Shown piece after piece: positions 1 to 16,489 of a stretch of 64,000 nt of DNA; the stretch's first letter is position 1, and each line of letters begins with the position of its first letter. The position numbers were made by a program, and so were the translations under genes. Under the pieces are notes generated by a model that worked only from the letters and a program-made list of their open reading frames with translations, did no database searches and was not told the DNA's origin. This DNA comes from Octopus vulgaris (Eukaryota), in contig OX597823.1 in assembly GCA_951406725.2 (NCBI GenBank), positions 46,748,001 to 46,812,000 on the forward strand, written 5' to 3'.

Positions 1-489
1 CTAGAGGTAACTAACAATTACATATTCTTGAAACCACACTCTAATGTCTTATGGATGTTCTCCCCAAATCACACTCCACTGCCTTATTCATATATTCATG
101 AATTTATATCCGGTGGGTGTACGATTGTACATTTCTTTATATTACTTATGTATGCTCATAACTGTATGTGGTTGTATTTATGTATCAAAATTTGAGGCTT
201 CTATGAAGTACAACAACGTGTTAGAAATAGTAGCCGTGTCACCCTCAAACGGCACTCTATTGTCCTATATGCCATATGTGCATGTAACAGCTAACGAGAG
301 AGCCTCTCTTTGATATCTCAACTGATAGGAATACCAGCCAAATCTCCTTAATATCATATTCTTTTGGCCAATGTATCTATACTTGTGTATTTAAGAGCCA
401 ACAACGGACACACCTGCATTGTGGCTCCTCTTAAACAAATTACACATTCTTCATTTCATGTTATTTGATTGATACATACATATATGCAT

Positions 490-560
<71 letters not shown>

Positions 561-860
561 GTTATACATATACATACATATATGAATTCAAGATTCAAGC
601 TAATCAAGTCCTTAAATAGCAAACTACGAAGGGTCGGATCAGTGAAATAGCTATCGCGTATAAACACTATTTGAAGAACAAATACGTGCTTACTGAAAGA
701 AGCACGGATTTATACACTGGTAGTGTGTACAATCGAAAATGACCGACTGAATATTTAACGGCTCACAAACACAGTCCTAATTGTACTGCATTCATATGAC
801 TCCAGATCCACGTGAATTGTAGATTCCAAATAAGGTGAATGATTAACAATTAACAACATA

Positions 861-1162
861 TGGATTGTGGTTCATTACAGCTGTTTCACACGTGTTTTTA
901 TTGGTGATAAGAATTATTACATCATGCGAAAGAAGCCGTTTCCATCTGGTAAATATATGTAAGAATTAAACATTTGCCCTTTTTTTTTTTTTTGGTCGGT
1001 AGAGTCAAAAATGGTATTTCTGCTTTGGATTTGAGATGTGTAAAATGTTTAATTCTTACATATATTCATTCACCCGATGAAAACGTATTTTTCGCATGAT
1101 GTAATAATTATATTCATCAGTAAAAAAACACGTCTGATACAGCAATAGTGAAACACAATCCA
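861..1162. repeat. Fold-back/palindromic element (arms ~861-975 and ~1043-1162)
   Basis: Reverse complement of 861-975 aligns to 1043-1162 (aaatgtttaattcttacatatatt, tttcgcatgatgtaataatt, cacaatcca); roughly 80% identity, ~70-bp spacer. Confidence 0.8.
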
Positions 1163-1189
1163 CCTGATCCTATTTGTGTGTGTTTATAA

Positions 1190-1220
<31 letters not shown>

Positions 1221-1353
1221 TATATACATACATGCATGAATGCATTTATATATATATATATACAAACATATATATACATATATATATATACAAATATATA
1301 TACATACATATATATAATATAATATATATATATATATATATATACATACATAC

Positions 1354-1391
<38 letters not shown>

Positions 1392-1394
<3 letters not shown>

Positions 1395-1685
1395 AAGCGC
1401 AATAGCCCAGTGGTTAGGGTAGCGAACTCGCAGTCGGAGGATCGTGGTTTCGATTCCCAGACCGGGCGCTGTGTGTGTTTATTGAGCGAAAACACCTAAA
1501 GGTTCCGGCAGGGGTGGGGTGGCGATCCCTGTTGTACTCTTTCGCCACAACTTTCTCTGAATCTCTCTTCCTGTTTCTTGAGTAACGCTGCAATGGACTG
1601 GCATCCCGTCCAGATGGGAGGAACACATACGCCACAGAAATGGGAAACTGGGCCCATGATCCTGGCTAGGATTGAAAAGGGCGAC
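1392..1685 (+). mobile_element. tRNA-derived SINE (head type 1, V-domain-like 3' part)
   Basis: A-box-like tagcccagtggttagg and B-box ggtttcgattccc; same head as 31507-31891 and 41152-41539; 3' part contains atggactggcatcccgtccag. Confidence 0.8.
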
Positions 1686-1697
1686 GCTTATCGTTTA

Positions 1698-1760
<63 letters not shown>

Positions 1761-1951
1761 GAGGATAAAATCTGTCTTAGACTTCATCAGGTAGTTAGCA
1801 TGCAATCAACCGGTATTCTATCCGTCTCATTGCCGTCTCATTGCCGAACCGCCAAGTCTCCTGGGCCTAAACACAGACTCAAATGTGTGTGTGTATGTAT
1901 GTCTTTATGTACGTATGTATGTATATGTGTATTATGTGTATGCATGTGTAC

Positions 1952-2012
<61 letters not shown>

Positions 2013-2049
2013 ACTAACTATCTAACTGTCTGTCTGTCTCTCTCTCTCA

Positions 2050-2128
<79 letters not shown>

Positions 2129-2204
2129 TGAAGGGTAAAGATCCAGAAACCATTGTCTGCTGATCTTGCTGAGCTGCAGGTGGAGTGATTCGCTCCCTTA
2201 CTCA

Positions 2205-2665
2205 CAACATGTTGGTATGATTACTGGCACTGCAAACAAATCGTGGGCCACTGTTTTATTGAATGCAGAGGGTTCTGTGGTTCAAATTTTCTTTATTCGG
2301 CTGTAATATTCTTTAGTGACATGCGTTTTGTTACAGGCGCCACTGGAAAATATATTTTTATCCGCCGCTAGATACCCGTAACCTTCCTCGTCAGTTACAG
2401 GGGAAACAGTCAAAACATTGACGGAGATGTTACTAGTCTGGTTTATAGTCTTCCCCCTTTTCGCAACCATATAACAATATTTATCCTGACCAAACTCCAA
2501 CCCTACATCCTTTGAGAATGTTGTAACTAGGTCAAGGTTCTTTTTCATCTCATGCATATTCTTTGCATAAAGTTTTAAGTCATCTACAAAGAAATAGTGT
2601 GTAATTTTGGTATTTCTGTTTCCTTGTGAACCAGCGAGATTCCCTTCAGACTTCGTTAAAATGAA
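2205..2665 (-). mobile_element. Non-LTR retrotransposon RT fragment, R4/Dong-like
   Basis: FFVDDLKLYAK...LVTTFSKDVGLEFGQDK...KEYYSRIKKI, then after a stop SAFNKTVAHDLFAVPVI; typical RLE-clade RT C-terminal motifs. Confidence 0.8.
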
Positions 2666-2996
2666 TGACAAGGGATTATGTATGTATGCATGCATGTATG
2701 TATATATGTATGTATGTATGTATGCATGTATGTATGAAGTACAAATTATTAAAGTATTTTCTTTGCGACTGCCGTTTACCTATCTATCTGGGGCCTACGA
2801 ATTTTCAATATTCATTTCACGGTTTATCTATCTAGGGCCTACGAATTTTCAATATTTATTTCACGGTGCACTAAATAATGTTTTCCACGTCGCAGTCAGC
2901 TTAAGGAAGAAGGCTATAAGTTGTATAGCAGTATATTACACTACTGAAGGAGAATAAATAAACAGAAACACCTCACACAAGGTATTTCTAACTCCT

Positions 2997-3505
2997 AAGT
3001 TCGTGTCGATTTTTAAAGGAAAGGAAAAGGTCAATAAATACTTGCCATTACATTTTTAATCAACCAAATGTGAACCACTTTGTTGCACAATGCGTCTCCA
3101 TCTTTTCTTTAACTTGAAAATACCCTCTTCCCAGAATTGAGGTGGTTTCATGGCAAAGAATTCATCAACGTATCTTTTTACGTCATCCAAGGAATTGAAA
3201 TTTTTACCATTAAGACTATTCTGCAGAGACCTGAATAAGTAGGAATCCGAAGGAGCAATATCTGGTGAATATAGAGGGTGGGGTAACACATTCCAGCCGA
3301 GCTGCATTCATTTTTGCCTGGTTCCCAAAGCATCAAGTGCTGAAAAGGAACTTTCTTATCTTCCATTTTAAAGGGTTACAGAATTAACACAAGTGACAGG
3401 AACATAAACCTTCTTCCACGATAGCTTAAACTGGGCTCTAAATGTAGGTGTAAGTCGAAAGGTAAGCCACTATAAATCGGCACGGACTTTCCGAACAACC
3501 CAATA
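2997..3505 (-). mobile_element. Internally deleted mariner transposon
   Basis: Transposase C-terminus with HPLYSPDIAPSD (3056-3307) fused to N-terminal MEDKKVPFQHLML; TIR aaatcggcacggactttccgaacaacccaata at 3474-3505; partial complementary TIR at 2997-3012. Confidence 0.9.
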
Positions 3506-4489
3506 TTGCATAAAACGAGTTTCCTGCTTACACATTGTTGTTTCATATATTCTTTTGACGCAATAGTTTACTACTACGTTTTCTCTGAATTTTTACAAAA
3601 TATAGTTTTTGTTACTTTTAACACCATCATAACGAATTTGTTCATGAAGGTAAGACGTTACCGCTTTATATTTAACATTCATTCAGCTGTAATATTTCAG
3701 AAAATTAGCAAATTTTGAATAAAATATAAGAACGAATTACATTTATGCATCAGATTTTTAATTATCATTATGTAGACAGTATTTTTCTTGTTCATTTTTT
3801 TGCTAAATCAAATATTTCATTACAACTTAGAGACGTTGGTACAATTATTATCATTATTATTATTATCTACAAATTGTGAATGAGAATGTTTTCCGTTAAT
3901 GCATTTTGAGTGCTCTACATTTGAGCATTAATTTTTTTTTTTACATCCCAAAATCCACCAAAATTACATGTGACAAGTGCTGGAATGGATAGATATGAAT
4001 TTCTTTTCTTTCTTTTTTTTTTTGTTCTTTTTGCGCATAACAATAAAAATAATGTTCCTGTCGACGTACAACAGTCTAGTAGTAAGTGAAGCAATCACAA
4101 CAATCAATTCTGTGTTTCAGACGTTGGTCCAATTCTAGTAGACATACCTGTATTCAACTAACAAATGTTTCATAATTATATATACAAAGAACTAAAAGTT
4201 CTGTTAAGGGTGTCTAGCTAATCGTTACACCATTATTTACGGTAACCAGTGAATAGGAGCAAGGGGAATACTAAATATAATAATACAGGTCCTAGTTAGA
4301 ATAATGCATTTCGTTATATTATTGTCAAAGAATATTGGCATAGGGATTTGCAGTAATATCCCTACTGGTGTAAGCATACTCTTCACCCAAATGTACATTT
4401 GTGATAAATAATAAGATCATACGTCGTTCCAAGTTCGAAGACACTGTGGTAATATCGCAGTGTAGAATTTACTTGAAATTTTCTAGGTT

Positions 4490-7549
<3,060 letters not shown>

Positions 7550-7552
<3 letters not shown>

Positions 7553-8165
7553 GGTTTGGACAAAATAATAGAAACACCTAGTATCATAGCATCATAGTTT
7601 TGAAATATCTATAAAACCGTCAAAAGCTTCTTTATTTTTATGTTTTTTGTTTTATTATTAGTGTTGCTTATTATGTTTTCCTATAATTGTTGTTTCTTTT
7701 CAGATATCATCAGAAAAAAGGTAATTAAAATTCATTAAAATGACAAATCTATCAGAATTTCAAAGAGGTCAAATTGTTGGTGCTAGCGTAACGAAAATAG
7801 CCAAAATGTTTGGTGTATCAAGAAGCATTGTCTTGAAAGTAATGACGGCCTTTGAGAAAGAGGGAAAAACCTTCTCGTCGAAGCAAAACTCTGGAAGAAA
7901 ACCAAAACTCTCAGATAGGGACCGTCGGACTCTCACGAGAATTGTTAGAAAGGATCGCAAAAGTACAGCTCTCAAAATTAGAGCAGAGCTTAATGACCAT
8001 CCCGAGAACCTAGTTTCCACAAAATCTGTTTGCCGGTTGCTGCACGAAACTGGATTTCACGGAAAGGCTGCAATCAGAAAACCTCTACTTTCAAAAAGAA
8101 TTTGTCCCCGGAGATGTGGAATAATGTTTTCTCAAACGAGTCATCCTTAACCTTATTTCCGACCA
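7550..8165 (+). mobile_element. Tc1-family transposon, 5' half (truncated)
   Basis: TA then cagggtttggacaaaataat terminus; ORF 7740-8150 LSEFQRGQIVG...SGRKPKLSDRDRR...RKPLL (paired HTH, GRPR-like box); frameshifted WNNVFSNES resembles the first catalytic-D motif; breaks at the A/(AG)n tract. Confidence 0.9.
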
Positions 8166-8181
8166 TGTTTAAAAAAAAAAT

Positions 8182-8261
<80 letters not shown>

Positions 8262-8961
8262 AACGAAAGGAAAAAGGTAAGAAAACGTGCTATGCAATGA
8301 GAGAAATAGATTTAATAGTTTAGCGAGGAGCTAGCGCTGCAGCGCGCTGTTTGAAGTAAGAGAAAGGAATTTGTCTTCACGAAGTTGCCTTGTTGGATTG
8401 GAGCGATCAGTGACAAATGTCAGACGATGTTTTTGGTATAATGATTCACAAGTGCTTGCTGTTTTATTGTAAACTAATTCAATACTAACCAAGTACTATC
8501 GAATGTGTTACTTCCTGTTCGTGTTTTTCCATCGAATGTGTTACTTCTTAGTTCGTGTTTTTGCCGTATTTTGTATTCGGTGTAATATTTGTACCACGTT
8601 GTTTCTGGGGTCTTAGTTTTGTAAAATACTTGTACCAGTCAGTGTTAAGAATGTAAGGCAAAATTAACCTACCGTTTTTGCCGGTTTGGACTGAGATATG
8701 TATAGCTGTAGGATATTTTGCAGAGCAGTGTTTCTTACTCATTTCAAAAGTCAAATAATCACTGAACGCATTTATTCAAAATCTAACCTGTTGTCTTTTT
8801 TTTTTTTTGAATACGATAAAATTGTCGTTGACCAGATTATTATGAAGTCTCCCGTTGGTTGTAATTGTTACTCCTGTTGTTGTTGTTGTTAGCTCCTTGT
8901 CACTTGATTCAGTAAACAGTAATGAAATGGCTTTCCTGCCACGTATACTCCCGATTGCTTA

Positions 8962-9137
8962 CAACCGATGCTGGTGTGTTTACGTCCCCGTAACTTAGCG
9001 GTTCGGCAAAAGAGACCGATAGAATAAGTACTGGGCTTACAAAGAATAAGTCCCGGGGTCGATTTGCTCGACTAAAGGCGGTGCTCCAGCATGGCCGCAG
9101 TCAAATGACTGAAACAAGTAAAAGAGTAAAAGAGTAG
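8962..9137 (+). mobile_element. SINE family A, 3' half
   Basis: Nearly identical to 53650-53815 (caaccgatgctggtgtgtttacg...gaaacaagtaaaagag) with (taaaagag) tail. Confidence 0.85.
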
Positions 9138-9720
9138 TTAAAATTTGTAATAAATCGTTTATAATTCTACAATACACAAAATATTTTTACCGTTTTTTAA
9201 TACAATTCCTAATAATATTTAATTACAGAAATATAACAGGATTTCTTAAACATTAAATGGTTATGAGGGTCCATCTGAGTAGCCAAAGTTAAAACATGAT
9301 TCAGAAACACTGTTTCAGATACAATATCAATAGAGAGAGATGCGGATTCTGTTTTAAAATAACAAATGTTAGTTGTTGTTTACCCTCAGGTCAGCCCCGA
9401 TAGAGCAGACTTATGATCCAAAACCTTTCCTTCCGTCTTCATCTCATCTTTTTAGGGATCTAAGACTTCATACCATATTTATCTTTAAATATGCTATGGT
9501 TTGCAGGCTGAAGGTTAAGCGTCTGCTGTATAGATTATAATTCAAGGGATGCATATAATATATTAAGATAGTGGTAAGAAATTTGCTTCCCAAACATATG
9601 GTTCCGGATTCAGTCCCACGGCGTGGCACCTTTGACACATGCATCTTCTACTACAGCCCTGGGCCGATCAAAACCTTGCGAGTGGATTTGGAAGACGGAA
9701 GCTAAAAGAAACCCATTGTG

Positions 9721-9772
<52 letters not shown>

Positions 9773-9924
9773 TGTATGTATGTATGTATGTATGTATGTA
9801 TGTATGTATGTATGTATGTATGTATGTATGTATGTATGTATGTATGTATACGTGAAGATTTGCATGTGTTGTTTTATGTATGTATTCTCGTGCATATAGG
9901 CATATATCTAAACATATTCATATA

Positions 9925-11010
9925 TACTTAAATGCTAAACTTCTAGAAAGTTTTACAGTGATGGCTCGAATCTGTAGTCTTCAAATCAGCTTTCTACTTT
10001 CTGGTTTGAGAAGCCTAATTTCTCAAGATTGGTACAGGGTGGTGCAGAGATGACGGATGTTTTTGAAATGATTATTACTTAGCCCCAGAGGAGGGACATA
10101 TGTCCGACAGGTACCATTCAGTCTGTGATGTCTAAACATACTTTTTTTTCTTTTCAGGTGAAGTCATGGCGCTGTGGACGATAGAGCATCGCGTGTTTGC
10201 CTGCAACAGTTATGTGAAGAATAACGAGTTAGTCACAACAGTTCAGTGAGTTTGGCGCCACTTCAACATTCACCGAAATCAGGGTTTTTTTACCCCTATA
10301 ACACAATCTTACGTTGGGTGAATGCACTTCGTACACGAGGTACACTAATGAATAGGAGACCGGTGGGGGCGAGAGTGGAAGCCTTCAGAAATACATCAAT
10401 GAAAACCATCAAAAATTCACCAATGAAAACGGATACCACATAATGGATATTGTTTTCCACATTCGATTTTAACAAATGCTAATTTAATACGAACACATTG
10501 ATGTCAATAAAATTTGTTTGCATCCAAAATTAATGATTTTGTGAATTTTTCAAAAACGTCTGTCCTCTCTGTTCCACCCTGTACTTAGGTAGTGTGATAC
10601 ATATCCCAGTGCGCCAACAAGTACAATATAAATCTGAAGTAGTAATCTGGATAGAATAATTATAGATTTCTCAATAGTTCAGTTTAGATATTCTTTCTTT
10701 CGCTGATCTTCAGCTTTATGTTAACATCCCCCGGGCAGCTGATTTCCGCAATTTTACTGTTCCTCTTCTCTGTCCCAAATCATTATAAATTCTATAATGC
10801 ATACATTTTATTGAGGTTTTCACTGGGATATTCCGCCAGTACACCTTTTTGTTAAGAGTCGTTATGGCTTCTTATTTCTTTGTTCTCGGGGTCATCCTTC
10901 CGACGGATCTCATTATATAATGTCCTAACCACAACATTATGTCTCATCGGTAGATAATACCGTGATGACATTTTAGGACGACTGTTTATGATGTGGATGA
11001 TATCTTCAGT
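9925..11010 (-). mobile_element. R4/Dong-like LINE 3' end (RLE region), interrupted by a DNA transposon
   Basis: Minus-strand pieces HIINSRPKMSSRYYLPMRHNVV, AEISCPGDVNIKLKISEKENI, FYPDYYFRFI and, beyond the insert, TNLEKLGFS...RLQIRAI. Confidence 0.7.
10035..10581 (+). mobile_element. Internally deleted Tc1/mariner-superfamily element
   Basis: ~34-bp imperfect TIRs (cagggtggtgcagagatgacggatgtttttgaaa / tttcaaaaacgtctgtcctctctgttccaccctg); TA duplication at 10033-34 and 10582-83; remnant HTH MALWTIEHRVFACNSYVKNNE...YNTILRWV. Confidence 0.85.
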
Positions 11011-11029
11011 GTATGTATGTATGTATATA

Positions 11030-11300
11030 TATCACGGGATCACGTGACCGACTAGGCTATCAGATGTTGTTACGGAACGCTGGTCACACAATGTGTTTTT
11101 GCATTGTTTTGGCCTTCAAATGACGCCACCCCGCTGGCTCGGTCAGCAGGCCAACATTGCCCCTTATCGAAAGAGAATACTGGAGCAACATAAAATTAAA
11201 TGTTTTGCTCAAGAACACAACGCGCTGCCCAATCAGGGAATCGAACCCACGATCTAGCAATCGTGAGTGCAACAGCCAAACCATTAAACCACGCGCCTTC
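11030..11300 (-). mobile_element. tRNA-derived SINE (head type 2, CORE-like block)
   Basis: Minus strand ggcgcgtggtttaatggt...gggttcgattccc...gtgttcttgagcaaaacattt. Confidence 0.7.
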
Positions 11301-11733
11301 ACATACACACATACACGCACACACACACACACGCACATACATACACACAGATACACATACATATACATACACACACACGCATGCACACACATATATTCGC
11401 TGAGTATACAGTGATTAATTATCCAGACGGATACCGTACAAACACTCAGTTATAATCCGAGATCACGCTAACCGCATTGAGTAGTAAGGACCACCTAGGA
11501 TTACTTATGGTGAGCAATCCCACTGTAATTCATCCAATATGTAAATCGCAAGTTTGCTTCACAGGGTTATGAATATTTTCAGGTATGTAAATCCATGACA
11601 ATTACAATGAATACGGAGATAGGTATATTTGCAAAGAAAGCAAAAGTAGCTGGTAAGGACTGATTAGCTGAGTAATGAGCTGTTGTATGCTCGCTGACCT
11701 TTTCCCTAGAATAAGAGCTATTTTACTTCATCC

Positions 11734-12007
11734 TGTGTCATCTACCACCTGTGTCATCTCTTGTGAAAAGTAGGAGAGTCCAGTTTGCTGGACATTGTTG
11801 TAGAGCTGAAAAAGAAGTAATTTCTACTCTTCTCCTCTGGAAGCTATCTACTCGCAATACCAGAGGGCGCACACTCTCCTACCCTGATGTAATCTCCAGG
11901 GACACAGGCATCCAGCAACAGGACCTCCGTAATGCTAAGATGGACCGTGAAGTCTGGCGTAACATAGTAAATTCCATTGTCTCGACCACGGTCGAACAAT
12001 GATGATG
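11734..12007 (+). mobile_element. 5'-truncated RTE-like LINE 3' end with TSD
   Basis: ORF end SRRVQFAGHCCR...MDREVWRNIV; (TGA)n tail; 9-bp TSD acttcatcc at 11725-11733 and 12008-12016. Confidence 0.85.
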
Positions 12008-12654
12008 ACTTCATCCATTTCTCCTCTCTTGTCCTCCACACTGAATTAACAGGAAATTAAACCGTGAAAGATTTATATATATATTTTAATAAAATATATT
12101 TGCATCAATAAATATCGCTGATTCCTTCAAGAAAGAAAACTCTGAAAGTAAACACGTAAGCAATTTGTTTGTTTATATATCCAGATGTGTGAATGGTTGA
12201 TGGTATTCATAACATATTTGGGTTAGATATCACATTGCCTTGAACTATTTATACAATATTATAGCATCCCCTCTTATGTTAATAACTGGGAAATAACTTT
12301 ATTTGAATGGGGTTAGTCCTCAGAGGTTTGTGAGATCTAACAACATCCTGTATAATGTTTCATTAATACATACATCTACGTTATAAAACATAACACCTGC
12401 AACAACGAGTTGATATTTATTATTTTATAAATCAAGGTTGAAAAACGAATTAATAATTATCGTTGTTTTCCTGACAGTGTTTAACCATAATTTGATGTAT
12501 GGTAGTTATTGCTTGATAATGAAGGAAAACAGAAACTCACTTTAAATTTCTTTGCGAAGTTTACCATTTAATTTCATTGAGATTCTGACATAGGCTTCCA
12601 TGGAATGTAAATGGAGATTATGAAAGGCTGCTGTTATATGCTATGTTTTTAGAA

Positions 12655-12687
<33 letters not shown>

Positions 12688-12701
12688 TGTATGTATGTAT
12701 G

Positions 12702-12735
<34 letters not shown>

Positions 12736-12854
12736 TGTATGTATGTATGTACTTATGTATATATGTATATATGTATGTATGTATGTATGCATGCATGTGT
12801 GTGTATGTATGTATGTATGTATGTATGTGTGTGTATGTATGTATGTATGTATAA

Positions 12855-12924
<70 letters not shown>

Positions 12925-13922
12925 AGGGGGCGGGGAGAAAAAAGGGAAAGAATGTAAAGAGATTTAGAAGACAGTTCCCATAAGAAGGAATTGTATACCT
13001 TGGAGATCAGAGATATTTTCATGTGGATCGTTCAGTGATTTTGCATAAGCTTCGATACAGGCAGGTATGATCCTGTCGGTTTCCGAGATTAAACAGCAAG
13101 TAAGTAATGTTGCTATATATGGATAAATGCTTAAAAGTAAGGAAGACAGTCGATTCTGTTTGTTTAAACTAAAGAGTAGAAGGTTACCTTAGCTTAGATC
13201 ACACGGTCATATGAATGACAAACCGTATGCACACTTCACATAAACATGTAAAAATATAACATAACAAATGCATTCATGTGGCTCTCTCACTCTCGTTTAT
13301 ATGTATATATTTGTATACACTCATATCTATACACACACATAGTCAGACACACGTATATATATATACACATGCACTCAATAAAACAACCCACTTCCGAAAG
13401 TTTAGATATTCTTTTAATTTCATTTTGTAATATTTATACTTCTAAAGCGGTGAACTGGTAGGGTGGCTAACATATCGAGCAAGATGCTTAGCGACATTTT
13501 TTCCGACTTTACGTTTTGAGTTCAAATGCCGTTGGAGTCAACTTTGTTATAAATCCTTTCAGGTTCGATAAAATAAGTCCTAGTTGAACACTGGGGTCTA
13601 TGTAATCGACTTACTCCTTCCCCCAAAATCACTAACCTTGGGCCAAAATCTGACATCAATGTTTATACGTCTAAACTGTTAGAACTGATGGTTTATAAAT
13701 AGCCTAATTGAATTCCATGATTCACTTCTAGACCTTTACATTCTTCAAACATTATGAGTCCTCATTTGTGTAATTCTTCCTCGGCTTTTGCAAATTCAGA
13801 TTCTTGAATATACATTTGGTTTCCGCAACTTTCTTGGTTAAAATAATTGGTTTTTTTTAATTAAACGAATTGAGCCGGGACATCATTATGTTTTCAATAT
13901 GAAATAAGTTGCTATTCTAAAG

Positions 13923-14195
13923 CAAGGTTTCTCAACCATTTTCCGCCTATGAACCTCTTTGATTCCTATTTTACTCTACTGGACCCCCATAACTATTTGA
14001 AGTTTCAAAAAATCGTAATATATTTTTATTATTAAATATTATTAGGAACCATATTTTTAAAAAATTCCTAAAATATTTTGTGTATCGTAGAAGTATAACC
14101 AGTTTATTGCATATAAACTTTAGCAACAACATTTTATATGAACCCCCAAAGGTCATACTCCCAAGGGTCATATGAACTCTGGTCGAAAACCACTG
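13923..14195. mobile_element. hAT (Charlie-like) MITE
   Basis: Termini caaggtttctcaacc / ggtcgaaaaccactg; 8-bp TSD ttctaaag (13915-13922) / ttccaaag (14196-14203). Confidence 0.8.
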
Positions 14196-16489
14196 TTCCA
14201 AAGGGAGCGGAGAGGAGATGGATTTTGTAAAATTCTGTTCATGCATAGAAGAATATTGAGCTTTATTTGATAGCCAGCTGATCTAGCAAGTGGGGCCTCA
14301 TATCAATGAGGGTCCGCATTGATGCCGTCGAGAGCTAGGCCCCGAAACGGCGTGCATTCTCTCCTAACGATCCCATACACTTGCTGGCTTCTGGCATGCG
14401 GAGTTTTTGACTGGTAGCACTTGCATGTGCAAGTTGTTTGCAAGACATTTTTCTGTGACGTTTTCGTTGCAGAGAATTAGTATTCAAATAGCTTATTTCA
14501 TGAAACAGCCCCATTTCTAATTTTCTGGAATCCTGTGTTTGATATACTGTATTATAGTCAACCACATACCAGGGTCACGGTAAAGATCCAAATCTGGCAC
14601 AACAAGCAAATGTGAGTCATATTGCCGTCAATGGCTGTGACTGATGATGATGTGTAAAACAGTTTGCTTCCATCAATCTTCTTGAACACTTTGTTACAGA
14701 ACCAAAGTATTTTACTATCAAGATGGGAGGAATCTTGTGTGAAACAAATACAAGTGTTCCACAGATTTCAAAAAACCAGGGCTTTGTCAATCGTCCCAGA
14801 GCCAGAAGGAGATTACAGCTGATACGAGATAATTTGATAAGAAAAAGCGTTAGTTAGCAGAGAAGGTAACAATGTGTGGGGGTCTTCTCTATATAATTCA
14901 AGAAATTACTTTTTGTTTGCAGAGTTTCTTTTCTAAAAGAAATATTTTGAAAGGATATCATACTAGAAATGCTGAGTTCCTTCTTGAACTTTCTAATGAT
15001 GTGTCTCTTGCTTATAGCGAACGTCTTTTGGGAAAAAAAAAAACAAAAACACTTGTTACTTGTGGCTATAGAATTAATATGTGAAAGATATGTCAAACCG
15101 TTCCTTCCCTCCGTACACTTGCGGAAGCATATGGACAAGTGCTAACCACATCTCTGGCCCTATTACCAAGGTTACAGTGAAATTCAAGTCCGGCAGAACA
15201 GACGGAAGTTTGTTAAATATTCCTTAAAGCTATGATGAAGATGTTCACAGTTCGTTGTTTCATTGTTATTTTACTACCAAGATCCAGGTCGATTAAATTG
15301 ACTTCAGTGTTCGACTAGTACTTATTCAATCGATCCCAAAAGGATGAAAGACAAAGTGGACTTCGGTGAAATTTGAACTGGGAGCGTAAAGACGGACAAA
15401 ATACCGCTAAGCATTTTTCCAAGCGTGTTAAAGATTCTGCCAGCTGCTAAAGGAGTGGATTATGTAGTCAAAAATGTAAAAATAGTTTGTGATAGCCACG
15501 ACTGGGAAGCCTTTGAACATAGATCTGCTCCATAGATCTGAAGCAGAGCTAAACGACAACAACAGATAGTTCAGTATCTGTCCTTTAGCGTAATATAATA
15601 TCAACGAGGCTTGAACCTCGTATCTTTCTCAACCCCAGATTTATTTACCTCTCTTACATGATCGAAATTGGTTAAATTAACTTTAACTTTTTCGATCCAT
15701 AACAGATGTTAGAAATCATTTTATCAATCAGTCATTTCTATGTTTCTTTATTTGATAGATAGATATGTTTCTAGCCACATAGTCACAGCAACATATATAT
15801 ATATGTAGTAACTTAATATTAAATTGTTTATTAAGTCGTTCAGTTATATACTCGGTCAATATTGCAGTCACAAATGGGCAGATTTGTCAGTGTTGTGCAT
15901 TTTTCACAACATCTGTTCCCACTTCTGCATTTTAATCAAATTCTGCCGGCCGGGATTAACTTTGCCTTTTATTCTTTTTCCAGGTCATCGATAAAAATGT
16001 ACTAATCCAAGATGGTGGATTGATGGAGTTGTAACAACATCGAATCAGATTTGTTGCGATATTTGTGCCGACTCTTTGCGCTCCGATTTCAAATCCCACC
16101 AGATTTAATGCACCGTCCAACCTAACTCAAGGATCGAATTTGAGAATTCCCTCCTTCCTCCCTTACATCAGCTTCAGACACTCTGAAAGGATTGTGGGTA
16201 TTGCCGTTTCTTCTATCTAAAAGATTTTTTGTTTTAAATTATGATAGCAATCTACGTCTGTTTGGGAATAGTTTTTGTTTTGTCTCAAGTCATGCACTAG
16301 AACAACGTTTGTACGATTATGTTCTTCCACATCTAAAACCACATTGCCCAATGTATACTTTGATTTTGCTGTTGCTATTTCTACAAGATGGGTTTGTGCA
16401 TAAAGGCTTTCTTCATTTAGCCTAAATGAATAATAATTACAGCAAGTCATTTAGGTCATAGTTATATAAGCTATATGGCTGAACTGTGA

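Noticed and set aside
1392-1470. tRNA-like sequences (also at 31815-31891 and 41465-41539)
   Set aside because: They are SINE heads continuing into SINE bodies, two of them with TSDs; no complete cloverleaf seen
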